Notes under the pieces: model-generated
What the model saw: only the letters and a program-made list of their open reading frames with translations
Database searches by the model: none
What the model was told of the DNA's origin: nothing
Assembly (NCBI GenBank): GCA_030141605.1
Contig: JAQGDQ010000227.1
Span: forward strand, 186,001 to 250,000
Source of the DNA: Tubiluchus corallicola
Lineage: Eukaryota; Animalia; Priapulida
DNA: 64,000 nt
Reading direction: 5' to 3'
Part shown: one piece after another, positions 49,971 through 63,059 of the stretch
Layout: each line of letters begins with the position of its first letter
How positions within the stretch are numbered: position 1 is the first letter of the stretch
Position numbers and translations under genes: made by a program

Positions 49971-52850
49971 AACTCGGAACAAATTAACAGTAGATCTGCA
50001 TTGTAACAAGTGGGATAACAGCGTCCCAGTTGGGACTACATTCTCGTAGATCAAAATTAATATCTTTTCAGTCTAATATACGATGCTTTCGCTGTTCTGC
50101 AAAGCAATTTTTCACCGTTACATTGGCATTATGACGTATATTGTTGAACGATGCTGCACAAGAGTGCGCTACTATAGCTGTACATGCCATAGTCTTTTTG
50201 TTTTGAAACGAAATGTTACAAAGTGCGTATCATTACTTAGTTCTGTGGTTTTCGTGGTAGATAAACAGTTTTATTAAACAATGGTATAGAAGCCATTGAT
50301 TAGCTTCTGCATTATCAGACAGATACCGTGCTTTGTGCTCGTCTACAGGGTTGCTTATTTGAAACAATACTGTAATTATCTTTTTTATTAAAAAATATTT
50401 ACTGTGCCTTGTTATTGCTTCAGTACTGTAAATTTGCTATGCTATGACTATATCCGAGTAAGATCATTGTGATTTTTAACTGCGTTTTTCTGTACATAAT
50501 GTGACGCTGAACATTTGTGTTTGAGAGAAATTTTAGGCATAATTGTGCGTACAGCATTAATTTTTTGCGTTCTCTGAACTTCTAATTAATTAGCAATGTT
50601 TCATTAGATTTCTTGTACATACTAAAATCGTTTTTTGTCACAAATGTTTACTTACTTATTTTGTTGCTATAAATGGTAATAAATAAAAATAAATAAATAA
50701 ATTCCGTCAAGTCGATAAATGAGATTTTCGCTAAAATGTTTTACAGTTGAAAAAAGGTGCGCCTCTGTCGTGGATTTTGAAATAATATCTATCGTTAATC
50801 GTTATCAAATTTCAACTTAATTTCTCAACGCTAAATACCCCGTTCCCATTTCCCTGACTGCGCTCTAAACAAACGTCGTTTTTTTCTGCCCAAACTTCCC
50901 TGTCAAGCCGCGTAGATAGAGTTAGCTGGCTTATCACGTGTGTGTGTCTGCCATAACCGGCGATAGACAGGTTTCACAGCGAATAATATTCTTCTGTGCT
51001 ACATCACCACATTGTAACTGCACATGTACACGTTTAGAGCCGACATATCTTGAACATTTTACTATACTGCCTCGCTACGAACAGATCTCAACTTTTCTGT
51101 GATTGAACGAATTCAGTTGCCTTCCATCGGTCGTCTAGTCTGTCTGCTTCAACCGTCAGTACGCGCCGTAATACTCAAGCGGTGAACATCGTGCTCGCTT
51201 TCTGTCTGTTGTGTCGCGTTTTTCTTATTTTATGCGATAAAATTGTTCGTGGTGGTTTTATATTGTTATCGTTATGATTGTATAGTGGATTTGACTTGTG
51301 CAGCTGTAAAATAAACCCTCTTTAGACTTTACCTATCCAATATGAAGTTATTAACAGCGAATGTATAGCTGCGCCGACGCAGTTTACAAAAGGTGTCTGA
51401 TTTTCAAATTTTTGTTATTCGTTTAAATATTCGTGCGGCATGTTGCCTTTTTTCATTGGGTGATGCATAAGAAAAATTGATGTTCAGAGTGAAATGCTTT
51501 TATGTGTTGAGTATGGGAAATTGCAAAAACAATTGACGGTATTGCATGCAGCTTCATTTAATGTTTCTTAAATTAATGGCGAGGCTTGCCTACTTTAAAA
51601 CAATTGTGAAGTTACTCATTTTCGCTTGCTTTATTTAGATAAAGTGCTTGAGATAGTTACGTAAGTCTAGCTTTTTTATCTTTCGAAATACGTACGAGCA
51701 AACTAATTCAGTAGCGCCGCCTATTGCAGTCCTGCCGTCTTATTTCCATCTCTCTAAAGCTGTAACCTGCTTGCAGGAAATAGTCCCAAGTGGATTTCAG
51801 TACATAGCTTAGTTTGTGTTCTGTCTAGACTACATGTGCCAACTGGCAGTAAATATTGTGTAGGTTCAATATGCTGACCTGGTTAATAAAGTATGATGTG
51901 TTGGGGAATCACCAGGATTTGGTGCCCATCTTTATCCGCATCACATTCTGTGTTCTTTCATGATTGCTGTGATGTTTTATTTCGTGTCGAAAAGAAAGCA
52001 ATTTCTAAATTATCGCATTTTTTATTCTTGTTTGGCTGCGCTCGGGTCAGAGTGTTCTTGAAGCTTGATATGGCAAAGTCCGCCATGTTGTAACCCTTTC
52101 CTTGAGTTGATATTGTGAGCTGTGCTAGTGGATATCAGGCCATGGCAGTTGCAGGGTAGTGTGAAGAGTGCAATGTACTTACTTAAACATGGCTATAACT
52201 TATATACCTGTCTCGAGCGTTATCGAAGGTGCTGATAAAAATGTTAGGTTTACTGTAACTCATTACTTAAATGGTATTATTTGTGAACTAGCGCGTCTTT
52301 GTAGTCCTTGCTCGCTGGCGGCACCTGTCGGACGTCTCAATTTTTAACTTGGTTCCGACCGCATTGTGATTGCCTATTTTTCAATGCTAAATTGAGTGTT
52401 GCGACGCATTTAAATTTGCGGAGTTTATATGGCGTAAAATGTAATTTTAAACTGGTTTTGAAGTTTCCTGCTTTCCAAAGAGCCTGTAAGCCCAATTTTT
52501 TTCTTTTTAGTTTTTGTCTGGATTTTTCCAAATCCGAGACTGACAGCTCGTTAAATGTTGAGCAACTGTTGTTTTGTTTGTGTGATTGTTTAGCTTTTAC
52601 TATTTATAGCAGAATGTTGTTCAACTACATAGCTTTAATCCCAGCAAGACTTTGGATTGCGTAGTTTACTGTATCTTTAATTTTTTACATACGTTAAAAA
52701 TGTAAAATAATAATGCTCGTTTAATGCTCATAAAACTGCCCCCAAGAACCGTTCGGTGACAACTTGCATCCCATAAGTGATGTGGGCTAATTGTTACAGT
52801 TAATGTGGTTATAAATGTTTGTTAATTAACGCATCTGTATATAATTTCAG

Positions 52851-52913
52851 CTTTGCAAGAATCCGGTGTCGAAGATTTCTGCAGGAGGGTTACACTGTTT
52901 CCGCTGCTTATTG
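52851..52913 (+). other. Candidate 63-nt exon
   Basis: AATTTCAG| acceptor, GC-richer block open in all three frames, TTG|GTGGGT donor, AT-rich flanks. Confidence 0.3.
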
Positions 52914-53599
52914 GTGGGTATCCTGCCTGAGGCAAACAATTTAATTAATTCAGTAATTAATCAAGTCTGAATATGAATGTAAAATTTTGTATAGTTTTGG
53001 CATTGGTAATTAATCTAAACAGATGAAGTTAACAGTTAGGGGGATTTGGAATGTATGTAGATGAGCGTAAATATTTAATATAAAAATTTAATGTCTAATA
53101 AAGCATTTAGCCTAGCTTAAAACATGCATCAGTCATGAACATCTTCGCATTAGATACTCTTTAATTCATTAAATGTAGTTAGATGTAAAATCTTGTTTGT
53201 GTTGAAATTTGGATATTAAATAAATTATTGTATGTGTTTGTGCAACACATATTTCCTTATCTCTGCATACAGTGCTCATATTTTGCTTTGATTACTAATA
53301 CCTTTTTGTTATCGCCATGTTGTGCTACCACAGTGTCATCTAGGATCAAAAATTTGAATCACCTGCCATTTAGCTTGATGTGTTCATTCAAGTCAGGATA
53401 ATGTGTAATTTAAAATGGAAATGAAATCGACAATTTTCAGTTGATATTAGCTTGGCTGTCGGTTCTGACCAAGTGAACAAAACCTATAAGATAGTTTGAG
53501 TATTCCACAACTCACCGAGGATTTTAACCCGCCAAAAACCAGACTTCATATATCAAGATACAGTTACGTGAAACTCATATGCAGTAACTCTTTGCCCTT

Positions 53600-54362
53600 G
53601 GCTCATTTCACCGGCGAGTACTCTGTCTCTCTATGCGTGGCTAGTCTTGCCTGACAGCTTTCATATTTTTGAGCCTTTTTTTGCCCAGTATAATATGATA
53701 TCTACGCTAAGCTGTCTGCTAGTTGCACATGTCTGATGGCCTAATTCCTGAGGTGTCTCGAGAGATGCAGTTGCTAGGAATGATTTCTAGTAAACTGTGC
53801 CCCTTCTTCACCTGCTGCTGTTATAACTCGTCTTACACTGTAAGTGCTAATTACTGCAATTTGGTGTCAGATCAAGTAAAACTTCCCCAGGTGTGTTGTG
53901 AGCAATAGTAGACCTGATCTCTCGCGTTTATGAGACGCTCATTTTGCGCTCTGCATTTAAACCTGGCAATTAAATCGTGGCTAAATTGCGATTTGTTTTA
54001 ATTAGCAACAAATTTATGCGAAGCATCCGGCACGAACGCGCAGTAAAACGATCGAAACCGAGGTGCAATTTATATTCGAGGGGGTGCGCCAGCGTACAGT
54101 TGCGATTCCCATTATCGTGCTTATGTAGCCAGATCACGTTCAGCTCCAACACGGCTAGCCCCAATAACCCTTTCACCACAACGCCATGGATGCAGTTTGA
54201 GGAATGCAGACTTTTTTGTGCGTCGAGTCTCGCCTGTTCATCAACAGCCAAGCTTTTAGTAACTTGTTCTACATCATTGCAAAGCATTCCAGGGATTCCG
54301 TAGACCGTATGGGAAGAAGCTTTGAAAATAGCCAGCTTACTTATGACTAGTGACTCTGTCAA
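53600..54362 (-). mobile_element. Decayed non-LTR retrotransposon RT-thumb region
   Basis: 130-aa minus ORF with the antisense frame also open; KSLHSSNCIHGVVVKGLLGLAVLEL resembles the (L/I)(Y/H).P.K.GGLG(L/I)..L motif after the RT core of R2/NeSL/L1-Tx1-type elements; stops downstream; left boundary uncertain. Confidence 0.4.
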
Positions 54363-54950
54363 ATACTTAGCAAAAAAAAAATTAAAAATTAATGCCGTGT
54401 TAAAGTGTATTTAGAATACATCCTTTCTTAGTTATTTTGTTGTAATTTTATGCATTTCTCTCCTTGGTAAAATTCATCTTTTACGATTTTCTGGAATTGT
54501 ATGTTATGTTTGGTTGAACATTTGATATGTTTAAGTTTACTTTACTTTTCTATAGCGAACTATTCATATCTATATGTCCTAACACACTTTACAATAGTTA
54601 CAATTCTAATATTGCATATCATTAAGATAACAAATTTACATAAAATTATAATATAAAGTGGGTTTAAAATACATCAAGAAAGAAAATAAAATCGTTGAAA
54701 CCAGCGAGTTTAAATTTAGATTAAAATATCAAACCTGCATTCTGAAGCTAAAAAATCTGTTAAGAAAAATGCAATAGATATAGATATAGTGCCTAGCTAT
54801 ATCTGGCTACTGGCTATATGTTTGTAGGATTTTAGGAAAATATTACGTAGCTATTTTAGGCGAAAATTATGGTTCCTTGTATCTTGATTTCTTTTATCGC
54901 TGAAATTAGTTTGTGAATTAATGAGAAGTAAATGTTATTTGTTGTTTTAG

Positions 54951-55033
54951 ATTCTGCATGTGGAAACATCAACATCTGAACATGTGAAAACTTCTGCAAT
55001 AGAAATGTCAACTGAACTGCAATTAGTTCACAT
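54951..55033 (+). CDS. Candidate exon ILHVETSTSEHVKTSAIEMSTELQLVH (ends phase 2)
   Basis: TTTGTTGTTTTAG| acceptor and AT|GTAAGT donor; only frame 0 is open; internal GAAATGT could be a start codon. Confidence 0.5.
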
Positions 55034-55103
55034 GTAAGTAATTTGAATGAAATAGTGCATCATTTACAACTGAACCCTCCCTCCATCACACCCATAAACC
55101 TTG

Positions 55104-55643
55104 TTAAGAAAGAAAACCGGATGATTGTGTAAACACGAGTTCAGAATAAAGAATGCTCTAAAATATTGAAAACTACAATAGCTTATTTTAAATCAAAGCT
55201 TAAATTAAATAATAATTGCCTTGGATGTTCAAATTTTGTTAAACTTTCAAAGCTACGTGCGGCCCAGTGAATCTACTAAGATTGGCAGCGGCGCCTTTTT
55301 GTCACGTGCGTGTGGCCGACAAATAGAAGGCACCGTGATAACCTTGTTCATGAACTACTGTGTTAGTTTCTGACGTAGAGCCCATTTTCATAACATGACA
55401 CATTTAAGCAGTAACACATACGTAAATGTGCTTGACACGCAACGGAAGATGCCTGTTATTGCACAAACTGTGGTTAGTTTTTGACGTAAGCAATAGCTGC
55501 GTTCGGTTGCCGTTAATTAACTTTCTAAGCTAATTATTCAAATACAAGAAACAACTGATAAGTTTTATTCTCGAGGAAATGTATATTTTGGACAGAAAAT
55601 TAAAATGAGATTGAGTCTAAACAATCGTTTGGTCTTCCTTTAA
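55104..55643 (-). mobile_element. MITE family B, inverted copy
   Basis: Reverse complement of 23182-23744 (e.g. GAATCTACTAAGATTGGCAGCGGCGCCTTTTTGTCAC); ends GGTCTTCCT-TTAA. Confidence 0.9.
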
Positions 55644-55998
55644 GAAGAAGTTTCTGATCACTGTCTTGTCGCAGGTATTCGTGAACGCCAGAGGGCGAAA
55701 TGGTTGCATTGTTTTGAGTAAATAGTCTAGTTAATTTAATTTAAGCAAAATTTTCCAGGTAATATATTGCTGCATCTTTGTGTAAACTGCCCTTAATGTT
55801 ATCACTTTTCAGTTGATACTTAAAAAGTTCGTTCAAACTTAGTCTTTACGGGTAGTTTGGAACGGGAATTTCTATTTGATATTGATCAAACTCTTTAAGT
55901 TATTGTTTGATTAGTGCCTGTATTATCATTTAAAACCTTTGAAAACATTGTCAAGCATTGGGTTGTTTCTAGCAGTGACTTTAAACACAGGTTAGCAG

Positions 55999-56753
55999 CA
56001 GGGATGTTACGGAAACGAAATATTCGTTCCGGTTTGCCATTAATTGCACTACGGTTAAGTTTTGATTTTCCTCAAAATCGATTAAATTTCGGATAATTTT
56101 TGGTAGGTATCCGTAGCATTTATCCAATTTACCTTTTCTTTTCTCTTAGGTGTCAAAAACTGCTGAAAAATCTTGGCTAAATTAGTTCAAATTAAAGTGA
56201 AAATTTCGCTTACATAACAGTTTGTGACGTTCTTTTAACAGCAATGCGGCGTATCTTCGTGCTGACCATTACGAAATTTTAGAGTCTCCAGGCCCAATTA
56301 ACTGAAATATCAAACCACGTTTGAATTAAACTGAGAAAATCGCTTTTACTTTTGTAATTTATGAAATATAGGCAGCAAAATATCTACAAAATAAAATTTG
56401 TTTACTTTTAATGAAGCATTATGATTGTTAAACATTAATTAATGATACTTAAATACTAAAACATTATAACACATTTTCTACGGTAAGGCACTCCATCAGA
56501 CTTGAGGTTCTGCACTGTAAAACTTCCTTATCCTTTTTGTACTAGTATTTTTTATCAGTAATTTTGCATCACTGCAAATAACAGCAAACAAAAAAAAAAC
56601 AAAAAATTTTGCTTATTTTAGTATATTCTTTTTTTCAATTTTAATAATAGTTGTTTTGCAAAAATATGTCAATGCGGTTTCGTTTCGCATCGGTTTCCTA
56701 TGTTTCATAAATTTCGGTTTCTGTTCGTGAATTCAATTTCGGCCGCATCCCTG
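55999..56753. mobile_element. hAT-type MITE
   Basis: TIR CAGGGATGTTACGGAAA / TTTCGGCCGCATCCCTG; decayed 8-bp TSD GTTAGCAG / GTTGGTAA; TTTCGG/CGGTTT subterminal motifs. Confidence 0.7.
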
Positions 56754-58542
56754 GTTGGTAAGCAGTACTGTTTCTTTGAGCAGTACATGCATGTGGCACT
56801 TTACATTTGTACTTTACACTATTCACTATTTCTCACTGTTCACTGTCTCCATCAGCTTCCTAATTCAGATATACGTGCTCGGCTGTCAGTAGGATGCTGT
56901 ACTAAGTGAATTGAAGGTTTTTAATTATATTGGATGGCGCAAGTTAAATTATTGGTGTCAAAACACATATCATACCAAATTCATCAGTTATGGTTAACTA
57001 ATCTTTCATAATTCAAAACACTGTACAGTATATTTCTAATAGGTAAACCATTAATCACTGCAGTCCTGGTAATTCGTTAATGTAGAAGTACAGCAGTAGT
57101 TTAGACTGAGTTGAGCATCCTAAAATATTCAAAAATTCATGTTTGTAAATGTAAAAAATGAAAATGTTTGTAAAAAATGATTTCAAAAAATGATGAAAAC
57201 TTGTGCACTGATTTCTTGTGGCATAATTGTCTTTTCCCTGCATTCAGTTCACAAATTAATTTTTTGTTTATTTTTTTTTTGGCGAAGTATCGACTCAGAA
57301 GTGCTTACATTAATATATTAATAACAGTATCCAATTCATCGCTGTTAAATTATGTGGATTAAACTATACAGATTTGTTTATAAGGCATTCAGCACTATTG
57401 AAAAGTCTCCCAAAATTTTCACTTATTATCATGTGGCATGTGCAATTAGGAATTGAAGTTAAACAACGCCAGATTTTTCCCAGACACACTCCCAGTGTTT
57501 CTTGATATTGTATTTGTATTTACACTTCCAAATAAACTTGATATTATTATTAGTATCTGATTAGTAAGTAGATGATTATCTGTGCACATTCGAGTATGCA
57601 CAAAACACCTATCAATTCAGGATCTCATCTTCAATATTTGAAAACTCAGCCCTGTCTTGTAAATGCTGGGTGTCAGCTGACGGTGTGACTAACTGTATAA
57701 AGAAACCTGTCATTGTTTCTCGCATTGTAATCTCTTTCTTTGTTTGAGCGTTTTTTCTGCAAAATTACGGTCATTAGTTGTTTTTTTTTCATTTTTTTTC
57801 ACCTTTGCCATATTTGCAAGTGTAAGTGTTAATGGACAGTCTTTTCATGGTATGCGAAATTTAGAGGTTACAAAGTTACAACTTTAGAAAATTTTTCATG
57901 AATTTCTGAATGTTCTGTGATGATCAGCTGAGTATAAACTACTACTGTACTTCTGTAATAATGAGTTAACAGTACTACTAGTTTGCCTATTAGACATACT
58001 GTACAGTATTTTAGATTGTCCAGATGGTCAGCTCGTACACAGAGGACAACCTAAAAACCATTCCTGTTACGTAAGCTACGTTTGGCTCTGAGCGGTCGGT
58101 TTTTTATGGCATTCCAGAGAAACCGTCCTGAATACCTGCTGACTTGACTATTTTTATGCTTTTCACAAGTTTATTGTTATAGTTTAGCGCTCAACCAGAG
58201 CCTTATTGTCATTCTGGGTGCTTTAGTCGAAAACGTTTCATAGGACAATCAAACCTGGCAGTTAGCAGCATATACGTGTTTAGAGCAGTTTATTCTGTTA
58301 TGTAAACAAATAAGTTTGTATGCAAAAATTAGGCCTTCTAGGTGTGACAATTTATTCAAGAGGAAATTACCAATGTGGGTCTTCTTAATAAAGTATTATA
58401 ACGTATAATATATTATTATATATTAAGAACTATATTATATAAGGAGCATAATGTACTATATGTCTACATTTGCTAATTTGAGAAAAGATCATATATATTG
58501 TGTGAGTTAATCGCTAATCATTTAGTCATATTGCCACATAAT

Positions 58543-58962
58543 GTGAAACCAACCTCATTTCTTTGTAATTTAATGCTGTTTTGACTTACCACATTACTAC
58601 AGATTATACAGTCTAACAAGTCTTAATTTTATCTATTGAAAAAACTTCATTATTTGATCGAAGAACATCATCTTTATATATTTTCACTTTAAAAGCAACA
58701 AAATTTGAAGAAACATTTTTTAGTTAACTAGCAAAATTTAGTGAAGGCATTCTTTCAGTTTAAAATGCTTTAAATTACCTCATTAAATAATTTTTAACTG
58801 TTAGGTTGTTTATGTGGTATCTTACTGTGTCACAGTCTTGATCGTAAACAAGCTGGTTGTCTTTAAATTAGAAATGTAACCGAATGGACAGATAACAGAA
58901 ACTGGTTGGGTTAGCAAACATTAGGTTTTGTTGGTGCTCTTGTCTAAATATTGATTTTTACT
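58543..58962 (+). repeat. ~410-bp dispersed direct repeat, copy 1 (unclassified)
   Basis: TGTGAAAC..ACCTCA...TTGTAATTTAATGCTGTTTTGA...TTGTCTAAATATTGATTTTTACT recurs at 61304-61713, roughly 75-80% identical. Confidence 0.9.
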
Positions 58963-60129
58963 TGCATAATTTCACTTGTTCTATGATGAATAACAAACAT
59001 ATTTTAGTCAAGTACCTTTTAACCTTTACTCATTGCTTAAAAGTCCATACCAGAAAATAACCACACATGCGTTTTGTTATATTGACCTGCGAATTTTGTA
59101 AAAAAAATTTCGGTAACAGCGGTTTTCTGTTTAAGGAATTGCGTTTTCAATATGCATATTTTGCGTAATTTGCATATCCTGTACGTAGCACGAAATTAAA
59201 ATGAATTTGCTTGCGTCCCATCTGCTAAACCTGCAGGGTGACACAATATGTCCTATTGTCCACACTAGATGCCTTATTTCCCTGTATTTGAAGATTAATT
59301 GCCGTATAGCCTACCCTGTCATTTAATAATAGCTGGTCATAGCTGAAAATGTATTCTCACTTAGTGGTTTGTGTGGTTGACTGCCCTCAATGGAGGTTTG
59401 TTCAACTTTCTACCAGGAGAGGAACATTTTTCGCTTTAAAAGAACTGAAAATTATGAAATGCCTCCGGGGTGCGGCAACAAACAGTGAGGGAGCAAGATG
59501 AGTTTTTGCTTGGATGGTTTTAATGAAACGTTTGCTAGCTGCTGCCACATTTCGCATTTCGTTCACGTTTGTGCGTGTCTGTGTTTTTATTTGCTTCTTT
59601 ATTTTGTTCTTTCTCTGGCTGCTGTTTGTTATCAATCATATTTGGAAACAGTCTTACAAAGATATGCCATAATTTAGGAAGTCAAGCACCATTATAGGCA
59701 AATTTATTTATATAGTTGCCTTTGCTAACGTGTAAACACACTTTATCCTAAACTGTTCAACAAACTATGGTAATCTTTTCTAATTCGTCCACGTAATTGC
59801 CAACTAATTGTATAATTTTTGCTTGTTTTATAAATACTTATAAACTTGCTTATTTACTTATAAATAAAAATTTGTTTCCACGTGTTTTGATTAGCATGAT
59901 ACAGCACACTAATCAGTACAGTCTTTGCATCTACAAACAGACTTTCAAATGCAGTTTGGAAACATCATTAAATTACATCATCATTTGCTATTTCGTTCTT
60001 TACATAACAATTTTGACCTGTATTTCACATAATGATTGTAATTGCATTCACACAAAATCTAAATGCAATTTTTAGTTTAATCAGGATTGACCTTATTTTG
60101 TTGCCCGCTAATTAAACTACATGTATATT

Positions 60130-60399
60130 CTTTTCCCTGGATTATATAGAAAATGTCATAATTTTAAAAATTACTAATGTTTCCTAAGTTAAACTGATAA
60201 CATTAATACCTGCCAGTGTCTAAAAAATCTTTTTATCTATATTTCGTAAAGGATAGCAGACTAGGGGACTTTATAGTTTTTTTGCTCTAGTTCTAGATCT
60301 ATCTATACATTTTAACCATTTTTCAAAACTTATTAGAGTTTTTTTTATTAATAATGTTTTATTGTAACACTATAAAGAGATAAATAAATTGAATTGAAT
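60130..60399 (+). mobile_element. 3' end of a non-LTR retroelement, copy 2
   Basis: AAATGTCATAATTTTAAAAATT..TAATGTTTCCTAA.TTAAACTG shared with 32910-33211; tail AATAAATTGAATTGAAT. Confidence 0.65.
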
Positions 60400-61303
60400 A
60401 CATATTAATCTCCCAGTTACAAACAGACTGAGCTAGCCTACTGTTAATTTTATTGTACTAACATAGACAATAGGCAGATTACATATTCCTGTTCTAAATC
60501 AGAGGCACACGTAATATTGCTCTCTTCTAGACAATGGCAGGGTGCTTGGGAAAGGATAGGCACGCATTTTGCTTTATTCCAGCAGGTTTGCTCTACAAGA
60601 CCAAATAGTCGGTTCAAACATGGCCATTGTCCCTGAAAACTGGCATGGCTGAGCAGTTTGTTATCCCGAACAGGAGGAGTCAGTGCACTTTTTTAAAAGC
60701 AAGGACCAGTGGCGCGGTACACCTGCTGTCACTGGGAAGGGGGGGTGCCTGGGTGTTGACGCAACCTACTGTATCATGTTTGAGGTGACTATCAAATGCA
60801 GGTTTGGATTGATTTATGATGGGTGTTATAAATTCTCTAGTAAGAATGGCTTGTTTGTGATCGGTAGGTTTGTTTACTTTTGGTATTTTTTAAATGTAGA
60901 TTGACAAATTTTGATAATGTGGGTTTTTGTTCTCATCCTTGCAAACGGAAATATTTTTTTGTGAAAATATTTATACGCGCTTGGTAACAGTTTAAGGTTA
61001 CAATAAATAAGATTTATTTTTGCTTTGTTTCTTAAAGCATTATTTTGTAAACATTCTTTTATTTTAAATTTTGTCAAATGCGTGAATGTCATTTTTTTAC
61101 GTTTTTCTTTTCTTTCAGGACGGAATGGTTTACACCGGCACGAGTTTGATTGCACATGTTCTGTTTGTGTGAGATGTCATATGAATTCCTAATGTACTAG
61201 CTGAAAGCTACATTCAGATTTTGGTAAAATTTCTATATTGTTTGTTGTATTACATTCTGTAGAGCTGTTAGTATGCTCGTTTTTTTTGGCTAACACTTGG
61301 CTT

Positions 61304-61713
61304 TGTGAAACTGACCTCAGTTTGTTGTAATTTAATGCTGTTTTGATTGACAACATTACTGTAAGTTACGCAGTTTAACAAGTTTTAATTTTTATCTATT
61401 GAAAAAACTTCATTAATTGATCGACGAACTTGATCCTTTTATATTTGCACTTTAAAAGCAATGAAATTTGGCGAAACATTTTATGTTAGTTAGCAAAATT
61501 TAGTGAAGGTTTACTTTTAGTTTAAAATGTTTTAAATTACCTCATTGAATAATTTTTAAATTTTATGTCATCTATGTGGTATCAGCTTGCAAACAAGTTG
61601 GTTGTTCTGAAATTAAAAAGGTAACATAATGGACATATAAAATAAACTAGTTAGTTTAGCAAACATAAAACAAAAAATTGGTGGAGCAAATTGTCTAAAT
61701 ATTGATTTTTACT
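61304..61713 (+). repeat. ~410-bp dispersed direct repeat, copy 2
   Basis: Colinear with 58543-58962. Confidence 0.9.
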
Positions 61714-62990
61714 AGATAAATAAAGTTCATAACTCACATTCATTTGCAATCCATTTACTTTTACATAGCAGCTAAAAATTAATTATAATACTATATTTAC
61801 ATTATTTTATTTTAATTCATTATATTGTACTAATATATTTTACTAACAGGTGAAAATAAATGAATTCTAATTCTAGTCAGCAGATTAATCTGGCCAAAGT
61901 TTTTATGATGTGAAATTGTCTGTATAGTTCCCCATGTGTGAGAACCTCAATAAGCTAGATGGTCTATTTTGCCCAGTAAGCCACTGCTGTGGCAGTTAAA
62001 GGGTGTTAGTCCAGTGAAAATAAGCCTCTTACATGTAAATAAACCATTGGTCAATAGTAGCCTTTGGTCATTTGTAGGCATGTGCCACTGTTTGTGCTGT
62101 CCTCCATTGCTGTGGTGTTTGCCAGCAAATGACTGACTAGTTGTTGCCATACTTAAGATTAGTGTAATCACCTATATCAGTAAATTCATTGTAAAATCTG
62201 AACCTAATTCATTAGTACACTGAAGCTTGGAATTACGTTCGTTTATAACATAGAATTATCAAATAGATTTATGGATTTCTCTTTCTTTCCCAGGTGAATG
62301 ATATAAAGCTACCTTTAATTACATTCTGATGATTTTGTCAAAAACAGTTGACCCGTAGTAAAATGCGTGGATAATCATATTGAATGTGTAAAATCCCATT
62401 GTTTGTTTGGCTTCCGACAAATTTAATTGAGTCTCTCACCGCAAATTTAAATTGGCTTCTTGAAATTTTTATAGATCCGATTTGTTTTTGTCTGTAAGCA
62501 GGACTACTTTTCCTCTCAGTTATTAGTTGCCTAATTTATATTTAGTACAAAAATGTGCAGAAGCATTTTTAGTGAATTTCTTTATTTTTTCTACCACGCA
62601 GATGTACTTATTTTTTATTTTTTATGTACTTTGCCTCCTTAGAAAGGTAGCATAACTGTTATCATAATAATGTTTCTTTTTATGTACTCCTGCATGTGAC
62701 ATATTAATTATATGCCAGAGAGGCAAGAGGTGTCTTAGCCTTGTTTAGAGGTATGTAAGTCGTTCCTCAGCAAAGGAAATACCTTGAAATAGTATGACAG
62801 ATTAAACCGTTACTAGCGATTACTCGTCAGTTTACTAACCAGGTCCAGCAGTGCTTAACTTTGGTCACCATAGTGCCGTCGCCGTCGCGTATAAGGATGA
62901 GTTGTTTAATCATTTAGATTTGTGTTTTTTGCATTTTCAGTTAATAGATATTGGCAATGTATTGATTTGACATGTTCTGTTTCCCTTTAG

Positions 62991-63059
62991 GTCGTCAAAA
63001 TTTTTTGAAGTACAAGAAGTGGAAATGAAGTACCCGTTTGGTAGTTCTGTCTTGGGTAG
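62991..63059 (+). CDS. Candidate exon SSKFFEVQEVEMKYPFGSSVLG
   Basis: TTCTGTTTCCCTTTAG| acceptor; donors G|GTAGGT (63056) or AG|GTATTT (63060); frame compatible with phase-2 end of 54951-55033 (AT+G = Met). Confidence 0.45.
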
